Shown here one piece after another: positions 1 to 8,378 of a DNA stretch of 24,904 nt. Position 1 is the first letter of the stretch. The number at the start of each line of letters is the position of its first letter. Source of the stretch: a virus (lineage: Duplodnaviria; Caudoviricetes); IMG/VR virus record IMGVR_UViG_3300025267_000107, positions 1-24,904 of that record, one strand, 5' to 3'. A program made the position numbers and the translations under genes. The notes beneath the pieces were generated by a model, which saw nothing but the letters and a program-made list of their open reading frames with translations, was not told the origin of the DNA and made no database searches.

Positions 1-315
1 TCAAGGGAGGGGGGAAAGAAGGGGGACTCTTTATTTCTTTTTCTTTTGTGGGTAAAAGAAGACCCCGTGAACACTGGTACGGAAGAATCAGTATCCACGG
101 GGTGGAAAGAGTTGGGAACGGTGATGAACGTTTTGCGATGATTCAATTAGGAGGTGCCGTTCCCGTGAAGGATTATAGCATTTTTGAGGATTTTGAGATT
201 ATTGAGCTTACGGGGGAGATACCAGATTAGTCCCCGGCATACATACTGGACGGGTGGTCGATGTGATGAGGCAGTTACCACGCCGGGATTACCGCTCCCC
301 CACAGGCATGGTAGC

Positions 316-867
316 ATGGGAATGATGGTTAAATTACATGATTGTAGTAGGTGTTTCGGGCCAACTGTTTTAGATTACGAGGGAAGTATATGTATTAGAT
401 GTGGGTATGCTGATTACTCAATTGACCCACGTATAGAGGATTACAGGAAGAGGAAGCGTGTCAGGGAAAACAGGGAGAGTCAGGTTATAGGGATGGAGGT
501 GGTTCCGAAGAAGGGAGGCACCCGTGGAAATTTCTCCACGAAGGTGTACACGGTATCGTATTTAAACGGTAACGGTGCTGAGAATATCAGGTACGACATG
601 GCCTGTCCTTACAGGGAGTGCGGAGAGGTTTGTTCCCCGAAAGATAAGGGATTAAAGAGAAGAAAAGAACACAGGTATTCGTGTACTGTAGGGCATGTGT
701 GGTATCTTTTGGTCAAAGACCACCAGCCAGTTTGCTGGATGCAGGAGGTTATCATGCCCAGAGTAGGGAAAAAGCATTACCCGTATACCGCTAAGGGAAA
801 AGCTGCTGCCAAAAAAGCAGCCAAGCGTACTGGTAAGAAGATGACTAACACCCGGAAGAAGAGATAA
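316..867 (+). CDS. Cys-rich Zn-ribbon protein, in frame with a C-terminal basic peptide
   Basis: Part of ORF 184..867; more plausible starts are ATG 316/322/325. Motifs CSRC..CIRC and CPYREC..CTVGH. Stop TAA overlaps the next ATG (TAATG 865-869). Confidence 0.6.
   Translation: MGMMVKLHDCSRCFGPTVLDYEGSICIRCGYADYSIDPRIEDYRKRKRVRENRESQVIGMEVVPKKGGTRGNFSTKVYTVSYLNGNGAENIRYDMACPYRECGEVCSPKDKGLKRRKEHRYSCTVGHVWYLLVKDHQPVCWMQEVIMPRVGKKHYPYTAKGKAAAKKAAKRTGKKMTNTRKKR
754..867 (+). CDS. Small Lys/Arg-rich basic protein (37 aa, MPRVGKKHYPYTAKGKAAAKKAAKR...), probably translated from its own start
   Basis: Strong SD AGGAGGT at 743-749 before ATG 754. Abrupt composition change. Resembles small basic ORFs often seen near phage terminase genes. 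Confidence 0.65.
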   Translation: MPRVGKKHYPYTAKGKAAAKKAAKRTGKKMTNTRKKR

Positions 868-1340
868 TGCCAGCAAGTAACGCACAGATACCCGGCCACT
901 GGGGCAACAATCCTGAGGCGGTCAAGGCCCGTCAGGATGCTTTTCTTGAGGCTCTTGAGTTTCACGGCACTATCAAGCACGCATGTCAGGTAGTCAGGAT
1001 TAACAGGGGTACCGTGTCCAGCTGGAGAAGAAAGGACGTTAACGGATTTGCCAGCAGGCTTGCGGATGCCCACGAGGACTTTGCGGAAGAGATAGAGTAC
1101 ACCGTGTACCAGAGGGTAAAGGAACCGGACTGCCCCCCGGTACTCCAGATATTTGTCCTTAACGGACTGAAACCCGATAAATACAGGCCCCAGACTACTG
1201 TTACTGACGACACCGCAAAGGATATTATGGTGGAGTTGCGTAAGAAGTTCAGGGGAATTAAATTCGATGACCCCCCTACTGCAGAAGAAATATCTGTTCA
1301 TCAGCAGGCAGAGAATATCCTTAAATCTAAACGCAGCTAG
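867..1340 (+). CDS. terS: Putative terminase small subunit (N-terminal HTH)
   Basis: 157 aa; HTH-like AFLEALEFHGTIKHACQVVRINRGTVSSWRRKD, then helical region and LNGLKPDKYR; lies upstream of TerL. Confidence 0.7.
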   Translation: MPASNAQIPGHWGNNPEAVKARQDAFLEALEFHGTIKHACQVVRINRGTVSSWRRKDVNGFASRLADAHEDFAEEIEYTVYQRVKEPDCPPVLQIFVLNGLKPDKYRPQTTVTDDTAKDIMVELRKKFRGIKFDDPPTAEEISVHQQAENILKSKRS

Positions 1341-1349
1341 GAGTTCTAA

Positions 1350-2552
1350 GTGACTCACGTTCCCGGACATATCGGCCCCCACAGGCCTTTCGTAAGCCCG
1401 GAAGAGTTTATATCTAGAGGTTGGTCTCCTGATGTAGGAATGCAGATGGTTGGTGGGATTCCATTCAGCCCACCCAGTCGTGCAGAGATTGCAGCCAACC
1501 CGTTAACTCCTTGGATACCCGGCGTGTCCACCGCAACCTACTGGCCTGAGATGGGACCTTGGGGAAGGTCATTTAGTACAGGAATGGATATCGCTGACTT
1601 GCTGTCTCTTGGATGGGCATCTAAACTGACTTCTCCTATCACGTCTCGTATTAGGTCTGGCATCACGGATGCTGCCAGTAGATTCCGTCCTGCCCAGCCC
1701 GTAAAAAATACACCGCTTGGTCCCCATTCATGGTACGGGCCAGCATCCCCTGAAGCTAAGAAGGCGATAGAGGAAGCGTACGATACCATACAGAGGATAG
1801 AAGAATTAAAAAGATTGGACCCTCCTCTTGAGTTCGATGCTGCTGTAGCATCCCAGATGATAAAGGGAAGCCCTAATGCCCCCATGAGAATAAACCCTCC
1901 TGACTTTACTGTTCAGAGAGGAGTTCAGAGTCAGGCACTTCCAGACCAGTTTCTTCCCGGTAGTGTTTATGGGAATAAGCCAACAGATTTGCTTCCATCA
2001 GAGATATACTCTGGACCAGAATGGCTTCACCCTCTTCCAAGGAAAGTAGCTCCAAAGACTTGGCAGGATTTTCTTATTGAAAAGAACTACGGTATCAAGG
2101 GAGTAGAGGAAGTTATTCCTGATGTCCCGTTGTTTCAACCTGATACTCCAAGAATAAGAACAAGGGGATTTGGAGAAGCTCAGGATGTTATTCCTTCAGT
2201 AGAGAATCCCTATACCTTCACAGATTATGTAAATGCAGCTAAGGGAGAAGTTCCTTACTCTACCGTACCAACGGAATACAGGTCTCCTGAACGAGTACTG
2301 GCCGATTTGGATGAAATGTTGGAATTAGTAAGTCAACGACAGGCAAACCTAGATAAGGTTAAGATACAGGCAGGGCCTTCTATCCCTTCTCCTATTCCTC
2401 CTGCTCCAATGAAAGATATGTACTGGGATTTGAATCAAGGTGGTTGGAGCCACCCATATAATGCACGAACTCGTGCATTAGTCAATCAAGCAGGAACACT
2501 TCCGTTTACCATGCCTACAAGAGGCATGTATTTCAACGAACTGATGGAATGA
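1350..2552 (+). CDS. Hypothetical Pro-rich protein (400 aa), possibly an internal virion protein
   Basis: Long ORF, GTG start after TAGGAG SD, ATGA overlap with TerL; no recognisable domain. Confidence 0.65.
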   Translation: MTHVPGHIGPHRPFVSPEEFISRGWSPDVGMQMVGGIPFSPPSRAEIAANPLTPWIPGVSTATYWPEMGPWGRSFSTGMDIADLLSLGWASKLTSPITSRIRSGITDAASRFRPAQPVKNTPLGPHSWYGPASPEAKKAIEEAYDTIQRIEELKRLDPPLEFDAAVASQMIKGSPNAPMRINPPDFTVQRGVQSQALPDQFLPGSVYGNKPTDLLPSEIYSGPEWLHPLPRKVAPKTWQDFLIEKNYGIKGVEEVIPDVPLFQPDTPRIRTRGFGEAQDVIPSVENPYTFTDYVNAAKGEVPYSTVPTEYRSPERVLADLDEMLELVSQRQANLDKVKIQAGPSIPSPIPPAPMKDMYWDLNQGGWSHPYNARTRALVNQAGTLPFTMPTRGMYFNELME

Positions 2553-3898
2553 CCACTGCATCTGCTAATGAACTATCAGATTTTATCTATGACAAGGTAG
2601 GGTTTACCGCTACCGACCTGCAGAAACGTATCCTCGGTTCCCGTAAACGCTTCACTCTCGTGGCAGGGGGAGAGCAGGCCGGGAAGTCTATGGTCGCCTC
2701 CAAGTATCTCCTTGCCAGATTTCTTGAGACACACGGCGAAGGGCTGTTCTGGCTGGTGGCTGCGGACTACGAGAGGACTAGGGCAGAGTTTGAATACCTT
2801 GTTCAGGACTTTGCTGCTCTAGGACTGCTTAAGGAATCCTCTAAAAGGGTAGACCCCGGACGCATTATTCTTGCAGACGGCACCCGTATAGAGACGAAAT
2901 CTGCAAAAGACCCACGCACTCTTGCTATGAGGGCACCTGACGGAGTTATAGGATGCGAGGCATCACAGCTCGACCTTGAGACTTTTCACAGATTACGTGG
3001 TAGGTGCGCACCTAAGAGAGGGTGGATGTTCCTTTCAGGCACGTTTGAAGGCTCTCTTGGCTGGTATCCGCAGATGTATCAGGCTTGGCAGCACTCAGGC
3101 TCGGAGGACGAGCAGGCTTTCTCCCTTCCAAGCTACTCGAACCAGCATCTATACCCCGGTGGTAAGAACGACCCGGAGATTCTGGAGCTTAAGAAGGCAT
3201 CATCAGACGACTTCTTCATGGAGAGGATTGAGGGAATCCCGGCACCGCCTCAGGGAATGGTGTTCTCAGAGATAAGACCCGATATCCATGTCAGGGAAGT
3301 GAAGTACGAACCCGATATTCCTGTTCATATCTGGATTGACCCCGGCTATGCAGAGGCATACGCCTGTGAAATCATCCAGATAGTCAATGACCAAGTAAGA
3401 GTTATTGATGAAATATACGAAAGGAACCTAGTTACTGATGAAATAATAGATATAGCGCAGAGTAAGCCTTGGTGGAGGGACGCACAGTTCGGTGTCATAG
3501 ACGTTGCAGGCTACCAGCATCAGGCGATGGCTGCTCCTGCCGAAGTATGGCTTGAGAGAACTGGATTATTCTTTGATTCGGAGAAGATTCGTATCAATGA
3601 GGGGACAGAGAGGCTGAAATCCTTTTTGAAGATAGACCCGGTGGACAGAACGGAACCCAGAATTGTATTTGACCCCAAGTGTAAGGGTATACTATCGGAG
3701 TTCGGTGTGAGACCAAACCCTTTCGACGGTCAGGCCCGTGCGTACAAGTGGAAAATGGACAGGGATGGTAACATTGTCGGGCAAACGCCTGAGGACAGGT
3801 ACAACCACGGCGTTAAGGCAGTGATTTACGGGTTGATAAATCGCTACGGGTACGGCTACGTCACCGATAAAAACAAGATAATGGTGAAACGCTGGTAA
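2549..3898 (+). CDS. terL: Terminase large subunit
   Basis: Walker A-like AGGEQAGKS, Walker B-like GVIGCE, coupling-motif-like LSGT, RNase H-like nuclease motif IWIDPG, C-terminal YKWK..EDRYNHGVKAVIYGL; directly upstream of portal. Confidence 0.9.
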   Translation: MTTASANELSDFIYDKVGFTATDLQKRILGSRKRFTLVAGGEQAGKSMVASKYLLARFLETHGEGLFWLVAADYERTRAEFEYLVQDFAALGLLKESSKRVDPGRIILADGTRIETKSAKDPRTLAMRAPDGVIGCEASQLDLETFHRLRGRCAPKRGWMFLSGTFEGSLGWYPQMYQAWQHSGSEDEQAFSLPSYSNQHLYPGGKNDPEILELKKASSDDFFMERIEGIPAPPQGMVFSEIRPDIHVREVKYEPDIPVHIWIDPGYAEAYACEIIQIVNDQVRVIDEIYERNLVTDEIIDIAQSKPWWRDAQFGVIDVAGYQHQAMAAPAEVWLERTGLFFDSEKIRINEGTERLKSFLKIDPVDRTEPRIVFDPKCKGILSEFGVRPNPFDGQARAYKWKMDRDGNIVGQTPEDRYNHGVKAVIYGLINRYGYGYVTDKNKIMVKRW

Positions 3899-5770
3899 AT
3901 GGCTAACTACACGCCCGAAGAGATATCTGCCCTAGTAGATAACCACTACGATTTAACTGAACCGTTGCGTTCACGGATGGATGACGACCACAAGCTCTAC
4001 CGACTGGAGGAGTTTGACGCAGGAGAGGGCTACCAGTCCTACACATCCAACGAACCACAGGTATATGCCGATAAACTAATCTCTTGGATGACATCTTCAG
4101 AGATGGTTGTCCGCATTCCCTACGGAAACTCCGACAGGGAGATGCGTGAGAACAACGATGCCAAGGAAAGGTTTATCATAGGACTGCTCAAGGCTGCAGA
4201 TGAGCGTCTTACCAAGCGTCTTCAACCTACCGTCAGGCAACAGCTTGCTTGGTATATCACCCTCAGGGGCTGGTACTCAGGAAGAGCGTTGCTTGTCAAG
4301 GATGAGGACGGGGAGACCTACGTCGATGTCCAGCCTTGGGATACGATGCACACCTACTGGGGTGAAGGGAAGAACGGGCTTGCTTGGGCGTGCTACAAGA
4401 CCAAGAAAACTCCTTCAGAGATAAAGGCAATCTACGATGTCAATGTCTCAGGAGAGGGTGACGACCCGAACGATGACGATGCGGTTGACGTATTCGACTT
4501 CTATGACCGTGAGGACAATATAGTCTGCACGGAAGAGATGATTCTTAAGAAGAGAACCACTCACGGCTCAGACGAGGTTCCCGTATTCATAGGACCAGTC
4601 GGTGCGACACCAATGGTCCAGTCCGTTACCGATACTGGCAATCTGGATACGATGGAAGACTACGGTGAGTCCTGTTACAAGGCTTCCCGTGACCTGTTTG
4701 AAAAGCATAACTTCATGATGAGCGTCATGCTGGAGCTTACCGCAAGGTCACGCAGGCAGGGACTCAAGGTAAAGTCCCGTGACGGAACCAAGACACTTGA
4801 GGAAGACCCGTACAAGGAAGGCTCTGAGATTGCACTCGGTCAGGGAGAGGACGTTGAGCCTCTCGGACTGCTCGAGATGGCAAAGGAATCAGGGGCTTTC
4901 ATGGGACTCGTCTCAGGGGAGATGCAGAGGGGTGGACTTCCCCACTCCATCTACGGACAGCTTGAGTTCCAGCTATCAGGATTCGCTATCAATACCCTTA
5001 GACAGGGAGTTGAGACTGTTCTGGTGCCTAAGTTGCAGGCACTGGAACGGGCATATATGTGTATCGCCAGAATGATTTCAGACCAGTACATCACTGGCTC
5101 ATTCCAGTCCATAGAGGTTAGCGGTCAGGACAGGAACAGGATGTATTTCTCTGAAGAGATATCATCGGATACGGTAAAGAACGCAGGGGATGCGGAGATT
5201 AAGTTTGTAGGACAGCTGCCTCAGGATGAGATGACCAAGATGAGCATGGCTCAGATAGCAAGAGAGGGACCAACGCCTCTACTACCTGACGTATTCATCC
5301 GTGACCACGTTCTGGGACTCCAGTCCGCAGACCAGATGGAAGACTCTATCAACGCACAGATGGCAGAGAGTATGCTTCCTGAAGCACAGCTATGGACTAT
5401 GCTTCAGGCTGCTTTACGGCAGGGAAGACAAGACCTTGCCATGTTCTATCAGGGCGAACTCACACGCCTCTTCATGATGAAGACGATGGAACAGTCGCAG
5501 ATGATGAGCGGTGGTGGCCCTCCCGGTTCTCCTACGGGGGGACCGCCACCCCTTGGACCCGGTGGTCCACCACCTCCACCCGGTCCCGGTGGAGGAGGCC
5601 CGATGGCTCCTCCGACAGTAATGCCTAACGCAGGGATGGGAGTACCGCCTGTTGCGCCAACCGCTCCAGTCGGCCCATCTGTTCCTGCAGGGACACCAAG
5701 ACCGGGAGCGCAGAATACAGAGACCAGATTAGCAAGCCTTGGGCTGATACCCCCGGCTGCTGGAGGATAA
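3899..5770 (+). CDS. Portal (head-tail connector) protein
   Basis: 623 aa directly after TerL; helical, with portal-like LSGFAINTL segment and Pro/Gly-rich disordered C-terminal tail. Confidence 0.8.
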   Translation: MANYTPEEISALVDNHYDLTEPLRSRMDDDHKLYRLEEFDAGEGYQSYTSNEPQVYADKLISWMTSSEMVVRIPYGNSDREMRENNDAKERFIIGLLKAADERLTKRLQPTVRQQLAWYITLRGWYSGRALLVKDEDGETYVDVQPWDTMHTYWGEGKNGLAWACYKTKKTPSEIKAIYDVNVSGEGDDPNDDDAVDVFDFYDREDNIVCTEEMILKKRTTHGSDEVPVFIGPVGATPMVQSVTDTGNLDTMEDYGESCYKASRDLFEKHNFMMSVMLELTARSRRQGLKVKSRDGTKTLEEDPYKEGSEIALGQGEDVEPLGLLEMAKESGAFMGLVSGEMQRGGLPHSIYGQLEFQLSGFAINTLRQGVETVLVPKLQALERAYMCIARMISDQYITGSFQSIEVSGQDRNRMYFSEEISSDTVKNAGDAEIKFVGQLPQDEMTKMSMAQIAREGPTPLLPDVFIRDHVLGLQSADQMEDSINAQMAESMLPEAQLWTMLQAALRQGRQDLAMFYQGELTRLFMMKTMEQSQMMSGGGPPGSPTGGPPPLGPGGPPPPPGPGGGGPMAPPTVMPNAGMGVPPVAPTAPVGPSVPAGTPRPGAQNTETRLASLGLIPPAAGG

Positions 5771-5771
5771 T

Positions 5772-8003
5772 ATGCCCCATAGACCTTGGCATACGGGTAA
5801 CCCGTTTTTCGGTGGAGGTATGTACGGAGGAGAGGAAGAATTTGACCTTCCTGCTCTTTTCGCTGCATCTCCGCAACTGGGAAACCTTTCTCCTGAAATA
5901 GCAGCTAATGCAATATCATCTGCAGTTCAGCAGATTTCTGCACCTGCATCAAGTCCGTTTCAGGATTTTGTAGGGATGCCGGGAGAGCCGGGTGATATAG
6001 GAAATGTACCTGTAGCACGACCTACTCCAATGCCAGTACCAGCACCTCCACCAACTCCATCCCCTCCCCCTCCACTACTTGGAGGAATCAGTGGTGGAAT
6101 GATGGATATGCCAGTACCGCCAGCAGAAAGGCCATTCCTTGGTGGTATGGGTGGCGGTTCTGCCCCGATGGATATGAATGTACCAATCGGTCCTGAGCCA
6201 CCTCCATCGGCACCAATGCTGACTCCAGAACAGATGAGAGAGATTGGATTACGGTCTGCTCTACAGAAAACAGGACTTGGTTCAGTTCCCTTTGACGCAA
6301 TGTCAGAAGTCGGACCAATGGGTCAGGATATGACTTTTGGGGGTGGATGGACGAATCCTGCTAGGTGGGGGCCAGAAGATATTCCTGATAAATGGAGTCC
6401 AGTCGGAGTTCCTGAATATCCTGTAAGAAGATTAATGGATACCACAGACCCGTCTACGATTCGTGATTTAATGCAGATAGCTCCTACAGAGTTAGGATTT
6501 GCTGGAGAGCCAGCAGGTTTCAGGGGAACCGTCCCCGGTCAGGCTGCAGTCTCTCCACAGATGGCAGAACTTGAATCTGGGTCATTTCCACAGGCTGGTC
6601 TCGGAACTATGACAGATGTAGGTGGAATGCAAGGTGAGCTTGGAGCATTTGGAACTGGTGGTGGTAGCTTGAGAGAGGGGATTACAGGTCCGATAACAGA
6701 TAGATGGTTAAGGTCACGAGACCCACAGTTTGAAGAGTTCTTTGACGAGTCAGTCAGAGGAACTCCTGCTGCTCAGGCTCCTGTTAATGAAGCAGCTGTA
6801 GCAGCCAATAAGAAATTAGCTCAGGTTACACAGGCAGTAATGGATAATCCTTCGTTTAAGAAAGGCAAAGGTACTAATGAAGAAGCTGAGGAAGTAGCCG
6901 TAAGAATTCTTGCAGAAGACCCACAGGGCGTTACATCCACAACTGCGGTAGAAAGAAAACTTAAAGAAGTTAGAGCTGTAGTATCTCCAAAAGAAGAAGT
7001 TACTCCTGCAAGGCCATCTGTAGTATCTCCTAAAGAAGAAGTAGAAGCTGTTAAAGCAGTAGAGGCCGTTAAACCTTTAACTGTTGCAGACCAGAGGAGA
7101 GCAGATGCAATAGCTGCTGCTGGACCGGGTGGTGGTTTTCCCGGTACTGGTGGGCCTCTTGATGAGCCTACAGTGGAACCAAGTACCAAGGAAGAAAAGG
7201 ATGCGATACAGAAGGAAGCGGAGAGAAAATTACGAGAACAGAAAGCAGCGGATGCTGCTGCTGCTGCTGCTGGTTACGTAACGACTCCATCTACTACAAC
7301 AGAAGTTATATCTGAAGCAGCGAAGAAAGAAGCGGATGCTGCTGCTGCTGGTAATGGTGCAAAATTTACTGGCTATCCTGTTAGTTCATCAGTAGATATA
7401 GACCCGACAACCAATCTGCCATTTGGTCAGGATACTGCTGCCGGGGCAAACCTTGCTGCCATTGGCGGTGCTGGTGGTCCTACCTCTCTGTGGCAGCAAT
7501 CACTTAGCCCATTTGAACAGTGGCAACAGTGGCGTATGGCTCCGTATGGCGGTGCCACCCTTGGTGGCATGGCAAGAGGAATGCAGTCTTTAGGTGCCGG
7601 GTATCAACCTGCATACGGCAGATTCCTACTTGGCTCAGGTCAGGGTGGCTATGAAGGCGACCCAATGGATACAGGGGCTGCATTTAGGCAGTATCTTGAA
7701 GGTGACCGTAGGGGGCTAGGAGATGTTAGGTCATCTTACGGGTCTCTGGCAAAACACCTTGGTGGTTACGGAGGGACTGACTGGTCTAGCTTATCACCAG
7801 CGTGGTCGACTTTATTTGACCCCGGAAGCGAGAATTATAGGTCAAATATACTAAGCGCAAGTCAGGCTGCATTAGGTATGAGTCCCGGATTTGGTCAACA
7901 AGGTAGAAGTAGTTTAGGTAATATATACGATGTGATGCAGACTCAGTATGGCCCTGAGGGTGCTGGTAAGTTTTCAGAGTGGGTAAGTTCCGCTTATGCG
8001 TAG
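5772..8003 (+). CDS. Low-complexity Pro/Gly/Ala-rich protein, putative internal virion (ejection) protein
   Basis: 743 aa ORF with GGAGG SD at about 5762-5766; composition typical of podovirus core proteins; function inferred from context only. Confidence 0.55.
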   Translation: MPHRPWHTGNPFFGGGMYGGEEEFDLPALFAASPQLGNLSPEIAANAISSAVQQISAPASSPFQDFVGMPGEPGDIGNVPVARPTPMPVPAPPPTPSPPPPLLGGISGGMMDMPVPPAERPFLGGMGGGSAPMDMNVPIGPEPPPSAPMLTPEQMREIGLRSALQKTGLGSVPFDAMSEVGPMGQDMTFGGGWTNPARWGPEDIPDKWSPVGVPEYPVRRLMDTTDPSTIRDLMQIAPTELGFAGEPAGFRGTVPGQAAVSPQMAELESGSFPQAGLGTMTDVGGMQGELGAFGTGGGSLREGITGPITDRWLRSRDPQFEEFFDESVRGTPAAQAPVNEAAVAANKKLAQVTQAVMDNPSFKKGKGTNEEAEEVAVRILAEDPQGVTSTTAVERKLKEVRAVVSPKEEVTPARPSVVSPKEEVEAVKAVEAVKPLTVADQRRADAIAAAGPGGGFPGTGGPLDEPTVEPSTKEEKDAIQKEAERKLREQKAADAAAAAAGYVTTPSTTTEVISEAAKKEADAAAAGNGAKFTGYPVSSSVDIDPTTNLPFGQDTAAGANLAAIGGAGGPTSLWQQSLSPFEQWQQWRMAPYGGATLGGMARGMQSLGAGYQPAYGRFLLGSGQGGYEGDPMDTGAAFRQYLEGDRRGLGDVRSSYGSLAKHLGGYGGTDWSSLSPAWSTLFDPGSENYRSNILSASQAALGMSPGFGQQGRSSLGNIYDVMQTQYGPEGAGKFSEWVSSAYA
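6975..7352 (+). repeat. Short internal duplications and GCT tracts in the 743-aa gene
   Basis: VVSPKEEV twice, 42 nt apart; GCGGAT(GCT)6GGT with tract 7254-7271 and GCGGAT(GCT)4GGT with tract 7338-7349. Confidence 0.8.
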
Positions 8004-8012
8004 AGGATAGAT

Positions 8013-8378
8013 ATGGCGACTAATGGAAACCTAGCTTCATTTGACGACTATTTCCAGACCCAACTGGAGATGGAGCCTCAGACTGCATACATGGGTATGC
8101 TTGGCAGACAGCAGTTTGGCGGTACAAGACCTATGCAGCAGAGAGCCAGAGACTATTATGGTGGACAGTTCTCAGATGTCTATAACAGGTTTCTCGGAGT
8201 AAAAGGACAGGAGCTTCAAGATAGAACTGACCCCTCCAAGATGACCAGCTTTACAGATTATCTCGAACAGGCTGCTACAGAGAATCCGTATACACATAGA
8301 TACGCAGCCCGGACACCACAGCAGAGAGGGGTATCAACTAGGCAGTTCTCTCCTAGTACTAGGTTCCTCCTCTATTAA
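8013..8378 (+). CDS. Hypothetical protein (121 aa), possible small internal virion protein
   Basis: GAGGA SD, ATG start, TAATG coupling to the next gene; Gln/Tyr rich. Confidence 0.65.
   Translation: MATNGNLASFDDYFQTQLEMEPQTAYMGMLGRQQFGGTRPMQQRARDYYGGQFSDVYNRFLGVKGQELQDRTDPSKMTSFTDYLEQAATENPYTHRYAARTPQQRGVSTRQFSPSTRFLLY

Noticed and set aside
184-315. N-terminal extension of ORF 184..867 from the TTG start
   Set aside because: No clear SD, overlaps the small upstream ORF, and the translation looks non-protein-like before the Met cluster at 316-325.
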